From Candidatus Zixiibacteriota bacterium (lineage in GTDB: Bacteria > Zixibacteria > MSB-5A5 > GN15 > FEB-12): a DNA stretch of 10,496 nucleotides. The stretch spans positions 1-10,496 of the forward strand of contig JBGSIV010000245.1 of the NCBI GenBank assembly GCA_041742355.1, read 5' to 3'. Under the pieces are notes generated by a model that was given only the letters and a program-made list of their open reading frames with translations, had not been told where the DNA came from and did no database searches. Below, in pieces: positions 1 to 7,257 of the stretch; the first letter of the stretch is position 1; every line of letters begins with the position of its first letter. The position numbers and the translations under genes were made by a program.

Positions 1-1
1 G

Positions 2-931
2 CTCAGCGGCGCCGGCTCGCTCGCCATCACCGCTTTCGCCGCCCGAGGCGACAGCCTGTACATAGGCACCTCCGGCGCCGGCGTCTGGGTCCTCTCACTT
101 GACGGCGGCACTACCTGGCAACCCTTCCGCACCGGCTTGCCGTGGAATCTGGCGTGGGATGTTTACACGCTGTACAACTTCGACGGTTTCCTCTTCGCCG
201 GCGCCGGCCAGAGCGCCTACATCTACCGCAACGCCTCCGGCACAAGCACTTGGGAAGCCATACTGATCACCGATATGTCCGGCGCCGGCACGGCGATGCT
301 CGACTTCGACCGCTCCGGAGCCACCCTCCTCGGCAGCGGCACCACCGGCCTGTTCACCAGCCCTGACACCGGCCTGACCTGGACCACCTTTCCGGGTCCC
401 TGGAACCCCGCCGGCGACGGCGCCCTGATCGTCACGCCCGAACACACCTTCGGCATGCTCGCGTACCTGACCCACGGAACCTACTTGTACGAATACGACG
501 GCCTCTCCTGGCAACTGCGCGACCACCTTGCCACCGTCGCCGCCTACGACATGATCGCGTTCGACAGTCGTCTCTACCTGGCCCACTTCACCGGGCTTCT
601 GTACGCCCCCCTCGACCCCACCGACATCACCGATCCCGAACCCCTCCTCCCGGCCACGCCGGCTCTCCTGCCGAACTACCCGAACCCCTTCAACCCGACC
701 ACGACCATCGCCTACGATGTCCCGTCAACCGGAGCGGTCACTCTGTCCGTAACAAATGCCGTCGGGCAGCACGTGTCTACCCTCGTGGATTCACGGCAGG
801 GGAGAGGCCGGCACAGCGTCGTGTGGGATGGCACCGACTCCTCCGGCCGCCGCGTCGCCTCGGGCATCTACTTCTACCGCCTCACCGTCGATGGTCAGAA
901 CGTAACGCGCAAGATGCTTCTTCTGAAGTAA
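2..931 (+). CDS. 5'-truncated secreted protein: BNR/Asp-box beta-propeller repeats plus C-terminal FlgD-Ig / T9SS type A-like sorting domain
   Basis: The frame is open from position 2 (LSGAGSLAITAFAARGDSLYIGTSGAGVWVLSLDGGTTWQPFRTGLPWN...), so the track start at 137 is internal. Asp-box motifs SLDGGTTW and SPDTGLTW are present, followed by a Pro/Asp/Thr linker and the C-terminal NYPNPFNPTTTIAYDVP...VWDGTDSSGRRVASGIYFYRL...TRKMLLLK. Stop TAA at 929-931. Confidence 0.9.
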   Translation, partial: LSGAGSLAITAFAARGDSLYIGTSGAGVWVLSLDGGTTWQPFRTGLPWNLAWDVYTLYNFDGFLFAGAGQSAYIYRNASGTSTWEAILITDMSGAGTAMLDFDRSGATLLGSGTTGLFTSPDTGLTWTTFPGPWNPAGDGALIVTPEHTFGMLAYLTHGTYLYEYDGLSWQLRDHLATVAAYDMIAFDSRLYLAHFTGLLYAPLDPTDITDPEPLLPATPALLPNYPNPFNPTTTIAYDVPSTGAVTLSVTNAVGQHVSTLVDSRQGRGRHSVVWDGTDSSGRRVASGIYFYRLTVDGQNVTRKMLLLK

Positions 932-984
932 CTCAGTCGGAAGATTGCTCAAGGCACGGTTCTCCTCCGACAGGGAGCGTTGGC

Positions 985-1018
985 TCCGGCTGATACCCAT
1001 GCCGGCCGGATCTTTTTC
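985..1018 (+). terminator. Possible intrinsic terminator after the secreted-protein gene
   Basis: TCCGGCTG (985-992) can pair with CGGCCGGA (1003-1010, one G-U pair) around a 10-nt loop and is followed by TCTTTTTC. Confidence 0.45.
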
Positions 1019-1035
1019 GGCGCCATCTTTAGTGC

Positions 1036-1064
1036 TTGCCAGCGCCGACCAGCCCCGCTACTTT
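1036..1064 (+). promoter_or_regulatory. Putative sigma70-type promoter for the lipoprotein gene
   Basis: TTGCCA (1036-1041), 17-nt spacer, TACTTT (1059-1064), about 30 nt upstream of ATG 1094. Confidence 0.55.
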
Positions 1065-1093
1065 GTCGCGATAACTTGAACCGAAAGGAATAC

Positions 1094-1678
1094 ATGAAAG
1101 CTACGCACTACGTTCTTATGGGCCTGCTCGTCGTCGGCCTGACCGTCAGCTGTTCCTCTCAGGACAACAAAGCGCCTGTCGACGTCGTCCGCGAGTGGAC
1201 TGACGCCCTCAAGGCGGGCGATTTTCAAAAGATGGCCTCTGTCATGCACCCCGAGGCCCTCACCGAATTCAAGGAAATCCTCCTGCCCGTCATGCAGGGC
1301 TTCCAGGAATCCATCGCGCAGGACACCACCGGCGTCGCCCAGGTTCCCGACAGCCTGAAACAGCAACTGGCCGGAATCGACCAGCTCGAACCGGCACAGT
1401 TCTACCCGCAGGCCATGAACGTGCTGACCTCCATCGTTCCCGACCTGCGCCAGAGCCTCAGCGGCATGACCTCGACCGTCATCGGCGGAGTGCCGGAAGG
1501 AGACACCCTCACCCACGTCGTCACCCGCACCCAGGCCGCCTACATGGGCCAGCCGATGATCAGCGACGTTGACGTTGTCTCGGTGAAGAAATCCGACGCC
1601 AACTGGCGGATCATGCTGACCGGCAACATCCGCGGGCTGGCCGAGGGCATCCGCAGCGCCTTCTTCGGGAGAGGTTGA
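1094..1678 (+). CDS. Putative lipoprotein (194 aa), possibly NTF2-like/DUF4878-like fold
   Basis: RBS GAAAGGA (1083-1089) precedes ATG 1094. The N-terminus MKATHYVLMGLLVVGLTVS-C is a signal peptide II with lipobox TVSC. PVDVVREWTDALKAGDFQKMASVMHP and the C-terminal VSVKKSDANWRI resemble NTF2-like lipoproteins. The track start at 980 (TTG) is probably too far upstream. Confidence 0.85.
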   Translation: MKATHYVLMGLLVVGLTVSCSSQDNKAPVDVVREWTDALKAGDFQKMASVMHPEALTEFKEILLPVMQGFQESIAQDTTGVAQVPDSLKQQLAGIDQLEPAQFYPQAMNVLTSIVPDLRQSLSGMTSTVIGGVPEGDTLTHVVTRTQAAYMGQPMISDVDVVSVKKSDANWRIMLTGNIRGLAEGIRSAFFGRG

Positions 1679-1727
1679 TCCCCCACTCGCCCGCTCGCTC
1701 CTCCCGAAACAGCGGACCACAAATGGT

Positions 1728-1754
1728 TAAGGCAGGACCGATGGTCCTGCCTTA
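1728..1754. terminator. Perfect 12-bp inverted repeat between convergent genes; likely bidirectional terminator
   Basis: TAAGGCAGGACC-GAT-GGTCCTGCCTTA lies between the + stop at 1678 and the - stop at 1801, with T-rich flanks on both strands (TTATTCGTT on +, TTAACCATTT on -). Confidence 0.7.
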
Positions 1755-1800
1755 TTCGTTCTATCGACACCGCGACACAGCCGCTGCTGTCCGCAGAAAA

Positions 1801-2925
1801 CTATCCTTCGATCATCTCGACATTGGCGCGCGGCACGACCGCCCGCTTCCCGTCGCCGAACTCCACCTCGAGCACGCGAGCCTTGGACTCGGACTCCAGG
1901 ACCGTCAGCGGCGACGGCAACCCGGTCACCGTGCCGATGTGGCCGAAGTACGGGTGCCGGATCACGCGCACCGGCGAACCGATCGCCAGCCCGCTGATCG
2001 TGGCGGCCGCCTGCTTCTCGACCTTGCCCTCCCTGGTCGCCGGAACAACCACCTCCGGCCGAATCACGCCGGCACGAATCTGGGTCGCCCCGTTGATACA
2101 GGCCAGCTCCCCTTCGTGGCGCTTCAGCAGATTCAACGTCGCCTCGGCCATCGCAATCGGCCCGAAACCCTCGGTTACCACCAGCGTGCAGCCAATCTCT
2201 TCCGAACCGGTGATCGCCACGCCGATATCGTAGCCGAGGAAATCGCGCAGGTCCTTGTCGTCGAACCCGCCCGTCACGATCCCCTTGACGCCGATCTTGA
2301 TCGCCTTCTTCAATGCATCGGCCGTCACGATCGACCCGCCGACCACCACCATACCCTTGAGGTCATCGGTGATCAGCCTCTCCTCGAGCGGCGTCTGGTT
2401 GTTCGGCACCACCACCTTGATTATCCCCTGCGTCTCGCCGCCGATGCCGAAAATCCCCTGCACGAACGAGGCGTACGTCGAAACGACACACCCTTCCCGC
2501 GGAACGACCTCGGTCACCTCGCCGCTGACATACGCGCGCACCTCGACCGGAATCGGCATGCCGCGCTGCAGCACCTGCCCGGTAATACTCGAAATCGATT
2601 CCAGCGTCCCGTCGATCGTGGCGCTCGCCGAACTGGATAACCACTTGATGAACGACTTTTTGACCGCAATCGGCTCGCCCGCCTTGATCGGGTCGCCTTC
2701 CTTCTTGACCATGACCAGTTCAAGGTCTTCCGGCGGCACACCGAGCTTGTTGGCGATATTGAGCGGCTCCACATTACCCGGCAACTCGGTCCGCGCCACC
2801 ACATCACTGGGCTTCACTTTGTCGCCCACCTTGACCAGCACCTCCCCCTTCAGGGGCAGAATGCGCCGCTTCTCGATGAGCATCCGTTCGGTGACCTTCA
2901 GTCCGGGCGTATAGGCATGAGCCAT
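1801..2925 (-). CDS. Conserved hypothetical cytoplasmic protein (374 aa): barrel-sandwich hybrid motifs, central alpha/beta domain, C-terminal KOW/SH3-like domain; co-transcribed with the GlmL-like ATPase
   Basis: ATG at 2925 (MAHAYTPGLKV) follows RBS AGGAAGGA (complement of 2931-2938). Hybrid half-motifs are GEVLVKVGDKVKPSDVVA, VKKEGDPIKAGEPIA, ATIDGTLESI and AYVSGEVTEV. GSPVRVIRHPYFGHIGTV is KOW-like. No signal peptide or TM segment. The track start at 3009 overlaps the upstream gene. Confidence 0.85.
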   Translation of the reverse strand: MAHAYTPGLKVTERMLIEKRRILPLKGEVLVKVGDKVKPSDVVARTELPGNVEPLNIANKLGVPPEDLELVMVKKEGDPIKAGEPIAVKKSFIKWLSSSASATIDGTLESISSITGQVLQRGMPIPVEVRAYVSGEVTEVVPREGCVVSTYASFVQGIFGIGGETQGIIKVVVPNNQTPLEERLITDDLKGMVVVGGSIVTADALKKAIKIGVKGIVTGGFDDKDLRDFLGYDIGVAITGSEEIGCTLVVTEGFGPIAMAEATLNLLKRHEGELACINGATQIRAGVIRPEVVVPATREGKVEKQAAATISGLAIGSPVRVIRHPYFGHIGTVTGLPSPLTVLESESKARVLEVEFGDGKRAVVPRANVEMIEG

Positions 2926-2956
2926 AAAATTCCTTCCTCTATAGCAAAAACAGGAC

Positions 2957-3709
2957 TTATCGGTTTTGTCTGCGCCGACGGCGAAGAACCATCGCGACGA
3001 TGAGCACAATGACCACCCCTCCGCCCCAGAACATGTACGGGCGGCGTTTGCCCGCCTCAGCTGGCGCTCCGGTCTCGATATCCGCCACTTTCAGCGTCTC
3101 TTTCGGGAGCATCTGCTCGGCGTCGCCGGCATGAAACGATGCGAGCACACCATTGAAGATCGGCAGTGCCTCCCCGAACGCCGCCACCGGCGCGTAGAAG
3201 TAGAACGTCGCCAACCCCTTGTCATGGAACCGCACCGCCAGCAGCAGCTTCTTGATGACTTCGCCGCGTTCGGTTATGTCGCTCACGACCGTGATCGTCT
3301 TCGTCTGCGCATCGTACGACGGCGAGTTGGACTTCATGTCCGCCAGCAGGTCGGCCACCGGGAAATACCGGATGTCCGTGCCGAACTTCTGACTCATGTC
3401 GCGCAGGGTCGAATCGATCTCCGCCTGCGTGAACGCTCCGCCGGTCGTATCCACCGTCATGATGAAGTACGCGCCGCTGAAAAACGGCACCGACGAAACG
3501 GGGGAGAAGGCCGCTTCATACTCGAGCGTCGACTTTCCCGCCTGGTTGGCCAGAAGGTGCGCATCAACCACCCGGTTGTCGACCTGCATCCACTCCGAAG
3601 GGTACTCGAAATAGAAATCTCCCGTGAGGCTGACATACGTCCCGGCCTGCCCCGTCAACGGCAGCGCCGCCACAGTCAGCAGCGCGATCAAAAAGATAGT
3701 GCTCTTCAT
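2957..3709 (-). CDS. Exported protein (250 aa) with Sec signal peptide, possible PsbP-like domain and C-terminal TM anchor with poly-Arg tail
   Basis: N-terminus MKSTIFLIALLTVAALPLTGQA is a signal peptide. GDFYFEYPSEWMQV resembles the F-x-x-P-x-x-W start of PsbP/Mog1-like domains. C-terminus is YMFWGGGVVIVLIVAMVLRRRRRQNR. The start codon overlaps the upstream stop (TAATG at 3711-3707). Confidence 0.85.
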   Translation of the reverse strand: MKSTIFLIALLTVAALPLTGQAGTYVSLTGDFYFEYPSEWMQVDNRVVDAHLLANQAGKSTLEYEAAFSPVSSVPFFSGAYFIMTVDTTGGAFTQAEIDSTLRDMSQKFGTDIRYFPVADLLADMKSNSPSYDAQTKTITVVSDITERGEVIKKLLLAVRFHDKGLATFYFYAPVAAFGEALPIFNGVLASFHAGDAEQMLPKETLKVADIETGAPAEAGKRRPYMFWGGGVVIVLIVAMVLRRRRRQNR

Positions 3710-5559
3710 TACATTTTCTCAGCCGGATAGATGTCCAGCTCGGTCATCCACCTCTTCAGGTTGTTCACCCGCTCATCCTCGGACAGCTCCGAGAGATCGA
3801 ACGGCCGGCCGCGCCCGTCGAGAATGATCCCGACCACGCCGCCCGTGATTTCGGTCTCCAGCTTGGCCCCCTTGCCGGCCCCGACATCGAAGCCACGCTC
3901 CGGCTCGAACACCGCCTTGACTTTCAGGGGCAAACCGTTCTCCGCCACACCGAGCGGGAATTTCTTCATCTCGAGGCTGCTCAGCGTGCCGGATACATCC
4001 CCCGTCGGCAGGCAAATGTGGTACTTCATCACCGGCCCGGGCTTCTTGAACGTGCCCTGCGGCGCGACACACGTGCCCAGGTGGATCAGGCAGTCCTTCT
4101 CGAACACCTCCGTCGCCGCCTTCGGCTGAACTTCCGTCAATACACCCAGCTGCGGCATCATGAAGATCGAGTCCACCGCCAGCCGCGTGACCCCCTCCGG
4201 CATAAAGGCGTCGATAAGCATAAGCGCCGACTGCTGCCGCCGCGGCGCATGCGACAGCACGCCCCCCGAACCGATCAGCATGTTCAGCGACATCATGTTC
4301 ACGATCGACTTGCCCGAGGCCGTCTGCTCGAACGCATCCGCGATCGTCCGCTGCTGCTGCACACCCTTGAGCACGGTGGCGAAATTCTTGTGCTGAATGA
4401 ACGCCAGTCGCAGCGCCTCCTTGGCGATCGCCTGTTCGAATATCAGCTCCTCCATCGACTGGGGAATCGTCGTCGGACGAATCATCTTGTTCTTCACCCG
4501 GTTGCGCAGGTCCCGCTCGTCCATTTTGAACGGCACCCACCGCATCACCATCGGCAGCGTCGCCTCGGCAAACACGTTCGAGATCGAGTACGACATGCCC
4601 AGGTTGGCCGACACTGTCCGGTTGAACACGCCGTCCGCGCCCCCCGGACGGAACACCGAGAAGACGTCCGTCGTCGCGCCGCCGATATCCACGCCGACCG
4701 CTTCGATATTATACTGGTCGGCAATCGTCTTTATAATGAGACCGACCGCCCCCGGCGTCGGCATGATCGGCGCATCCGTCCAGGACATCAGCTTCTTGTA
4801 ACCCGGCGCCTGCGCCATCACGTGTTCCATGAACAGCTCGTGAATTTCCTCGCGTGCTGGCAGGAGGTTCTCGCGCTCGAGCACCGGACGAAGATTGTCG
4901 ACCACCTTCAGGTCGACCTCATCCGCCAGCGTATCCTCGATCGCCTTGCGCGCTTCCTTGTTGCCCGCGTAAATCACCGGCAGCTTGTATGACGACCCCA
5001 GCCGCGGACGCGGATCGGCCGCCGAAATCAACTCGGCCAGTTCGACCACGTGCGTCGTCGTCCCGCCATCGATCCCCCCGGACAGGAGTATCATGTCCGG
5101 ACGAAGGTGGCGGATACGCTCGATCTGCTGGTGGGGGAGACGCCGGTCGTTCGACGCAATCACATCCATCACGATCGCTCCGGCGCCCAGCGCCGCCCGC
5201 TCGGCCGATTCGGCCGTCATCGAACGCACCACGCCGGCCACCATCATCTGGAGACCGCCGCCCGCCGACGACGTCGAAATGTACACATCCGTCCCGATAT
5301 TCCCCTTCGCCGGCGAAATGATCCGGCCCGCATCGTCAATCAGCTTCCGCCCCGACAATTCTTCCACTTCCGCCACCGCGTTCAGCACGCCCATCGTGAC
5401 ATCTTCAAACGGCGCTTCCACCGTCGTCGGCGCTTCGCCGCGAGTCGTCAGACGGTACTCCCCGTCCACGTACTCGATCAGAATCGCCTTGGTCGTGGTG
5501 GAACAGCAGTCGGTGGCGACGATAACCTTGATATCGTTGGGGTTGTCAAATTTTGCCAT
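3709..5559 (-). CDS. glmL: GlmL-family (glutamate mutase L-like; Clostridium 'MutL', not mismatch-repair MutL) ASKHA/actin-fold ATPase, long form (616 aa)
   Basis: ATG 5559 (MAKFDNPNDIK) follows RBS AGGAA. Motifs: phosphate-1 ATDCCSTTTK, APTTVE, TSSAGGGLQM, PDMILLSGGIDGG, PVIYAGN, NLRP, IMPTPGAV, phosphate-2 VDIGGATTDVFS, RTVSANLGMSYS and IGSGGVLSH. The track's TTG start at 5655 coincides with a -35 box. Confidence 0.9.
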   Translation of the reverse strand: MAKFDNPNDIKVIVATDCCSTTTKAILIEYVDGEYRLTTRGEAPTTVEAPFEDVTMGVLNAVAEVEELSGRKLIDDAGRIISPAKGNIGTDVYISTSSAGGGLQMMVAGVVRSMTAESAERAALGAGAIVMDVIASNDRRLPHQQIERIRHLRPDMILLSGGIDGGTTTHVVELAELISAADPRPRLGSSYKLPVIYAGNKEARKAIEDTLADEVDLKVVDNLRPVLERENLLPAREEIHELFMEHVMAQAPGYKKLMSWTDAPIMPTPGAVGLIIKTIADQYNIEAVGVDIGGATTDVFSVFRPGGADGVFNRTVSANLGMSYSISNVFAEATLPMVMRWVPFKMDERDLRNRVKNKMIRPTTIPQSMEELIFEQAIAKEALRLAFIQHKNFATVLKGVQQQRTIADAFEQTASGKSIVNMMSLNMLIGSGGVLSHAPRRQQSALMLIDAFMPEGVTRLAVDSIFMMPQLGVLTEVQPKAATEVFEKDCLIHLGTCVAPQGTFKKPGPVMKYHICLPTGDVSGTLSSLEMKKFPLGVAENGLPLKVKAVFEPERGFDVGAGKGAKLETEITGGVVGIILDGRGRPFDLSELSEDERVNNLKRWMTELDIYPAEKM

Positions 5560-5627
5560 CAATATTCCTACCGTTATGATTCTACTCTCATTACCAAATC
5601 CATGGCGCACCACTGCGCCTCCCGGCA

Positions 5628-5655
5628 AAGATAGACGATGCCGGGTACTTGTCAA
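5628..5655 (-). promoter_or_regulatory. Putative sigma70 promoter (proximal) for the glmL-like operon
   Basis: On the minus strand: TTGACA (5655-5650), 16-nt spacer, TATCTT (5633-5628). Confidence 0.6.
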
Positions 5656-5662
5656 GACGGTT

Positions 5663-5691
5663 AGTATAACCTGCCCGTTCAGCGATGTAAA
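5663..5691 (-). promoter_or_regulatory. Putative sigma70 promoter (distal) for the glmL-like operon
   Basis: On the minus strand: TTTACA (5691-5686), 17-nt spacer, TATACT (5668-5663). Confidence 0.55.
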
Positions 5692-5808
5692 CAGCGATTT
5701 TTCCCCGCCCCGCGCGACACAGCTTACGCCTTGCCGGGCCCGACCGCAATCTGCGGTATGTCCCCTTGTCGCAAGCAGCTGCGCTCCCTGGGCCCGGCCA
5801 CTTTTCGC

Positions 5809-5837
5809 TTGACTTGGAAGCTCACCGCAAATAGATT
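5809..5837 (+). promoter_or_regulatory. Putative sigma70 promoter for the membrane-protein operon
   Basis: TTGACT (5809-5814), 17-nt spacer, TAGATT (5832-5837), about 140 nt upstream of the first gene. Confidence 0.65.
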
Positions 5838-5972
5838 CTGCGAGTATCTCGCATGCCCTCGGTGAGAACCGGTACTCGTGACGGAAGTGGCTGGCGATTA
5901 AACAACTTGCCGGGGTCGTACGTCACTCCCTGGAAACGCCGATGGAACCCCGTATGATGCCATTGCAGAAGG

Positions 5973-7256
5973 GTGAACAGTTTGCTTAAATGCCTCGACC
6001 ACCTGGCCGAATCCTCCCGCTCGGCCTTCCTGTCCGCCGCCTTTCTGCTTGCCCTGGCTGTTTTTGCGCCCCTGACGTTCGCCCAGGACCAACCTGCCCC
6101 ACCTCTGACTGACTCCACCGGCGAAGCCACCGCCACCCCCCTTGCCCCGGTTCCCCCGACCGCTGTCACCGCCATCGACCGGCCCAACGACGCCGGCGGC
6201 GCAATTACTATATCATGGGAGCTGTCGACCGATGATGCCGCGGGGCGCGTGACCGAGTACAAGATCCTGCGCGCCGAGGGCGCCGCCGACGGCCCGGGCC
6301 CGTTTACCGAAATCGGCAACGCCACCGCCGGTCAGAACCGCTTCGAAGACGGCAACGTCGAGGACGACCGCGTCTACTTCTATAAAGTAGCAGCCCTCAA
6401 CACCCTGCGCGAGAACGGCATCACCCTCACCGAAACCACGGTCGAATCCGACGTCGTCGGACCGGTCGAATCGCACGCCCAGTGGTTCAACACCGGCCGC
6501 TCCCGCGTCCTCGTCGGCGTCCTCATCCTCTCCGGACTCATCATCTTCTACATCCAGCGCGCCCGCGCCGGCCGCGAGATCTTCATCCGCAAAATCGCCG
6601 GCCTCGAAGCCGTCGATGAAGCCGTCGGCCGCGCCACCGAAATGGGGAAGAAGATCTTTTACATCCCCGGCTCACAGGACATGGACAACGTCCAGACCCT
6701 CGCCGGCATCACTATCCTCGGCCGCGTCGCCGAACTCGCAGCCCAGTACGAAACCCACCTCGAGGTGCCCGTCTCTCGCTCCCTCGTAATGGTCACCTCC
6801 CGCGAGGTCGTCAAAGAAGCCTACATAAAAGCCGGCCGCACCGATTCCTACAACGATGACCAGGTGAAATACCTCACCGATGACCAGTTCGGCTATGCCG
6901 CCGCTATCGATGGCATGGTCGTGCGCGAACGCCCCGCCACCATCTTCCTCATGGGTTCGTTCTACGCCGAGGCGCTCGTCCTCGCGGAGACAGGCAACAG
7001 CGTCGGAGCCATCCAGATCGCCGGCACCGGGCAGCCCTCCCAGCTCCCCTTCTTCGTCGCCGCCTGCGACTACACGCTGATCGGCGAGGAACTCTTCGCC
7101 GCCTCCGCCTACCTGAGCAAGGAACCGCGCCAGCTCGGCTCGCTCAAGGGGCAGGATGTCGGCAAGGGCCTCATCCTCGTCGCCATCGCCATCGGCATCA
7201 TCCTGGAAACCCTGCACATCTGGGATGTGTCTAAACTCTTTACCGTGATCGATTGA
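5973..7256 (+). CDS. Membrane protein: signal peptide, fibronectin type III domain, TM helix, DUF6754-like domain, C-terminal TM (paralog 1)
   Basis: Signal peptide ...AFLLALAVFAPLTFA-Q. FN3 pattern PPTAVTA...ITISW...YKILR...FED...YFYKVAA. TM VLVGVLILSGLIIFYI. IRKIAGLEAVDEAVGRATEMG and AIQIAGT...QLPFF...DYTLIGEELFAASAYL are recognised as DUF6754-like. The start may be the in-frame TTG at 5982, which is better spaced from GAAGGG at 5968-5973. Confidence 0.85.
   Translation: MNSLLKCLDHLAESSRSAFLSAAFLLALAVFAPLTFAQDQPAPPLTDSTGEATATPLAPVPPTAVTAIDRPNDAGGAITISWELSTDDAAGRVTEYKILRAEGAADGPGPFTEIGNATAGQNRFEDGNVEDDRVYFYKVAALNTLRENGITLTETTVESDVVGPVESHAQWFNTGRSRVLVGVLILSGLIIFYIQRARAGREIFIRKIAGLEAVDEAVGRATEMGKKIFYIPGSQDMDNVQTLAGITILGRVAELAAQYETHLEVPVSRSLVMVTSREVVKEAYIKAGRTDSYNDDQVKYLTDDQFGYAAAIDGMVVRERPATIFLMGSFYAEALVLAETGNSVGAIQIAGTGQPSQLPFFVAACDYTLIGEELFAASAYLSKEPRQLGSLKGQDVGKGLILVAIAIGIILETLHIWDVSKLFTVID
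6594..6646 (+). repeat. Coding-sequence repeat shared by the two DUF6754-like paralogs (second copy at 10173-10225)
   Basis: 53 nt with 3 mismatches between the copies, encoding IAGLEAVDEA(V/I)GRATEMG. Confidence 0.8.
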
Positions 7257-7257
7257 T

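Noticed and set aside
3709..5559. Interpretation as DNA mismatch-repair MutL or as a glutamate mutase operon
   Set aside because: The motifs are ASKHA type, not GHKL type, and no glmS/glmE-like genes or B12-binding motif were seen in the window. Such genes could still exist elsewhere in the genome.
5560..5655. N-terminal extensions given by the ORF track (starts at 5655, 3009 and 980)
   Set aside because: Downstream ATGs at 5559, 2925 and 1094 have clear RBSs. The extensions overlap promoters or neighbouring genes and look non-coding.
5649..5670. Plus-strand TTGTCA...TATAAC promoter-like pair
   Set aside because: The spacer is only 10 nt, and these bases are better explained as the two minus-strand promoter boxes.
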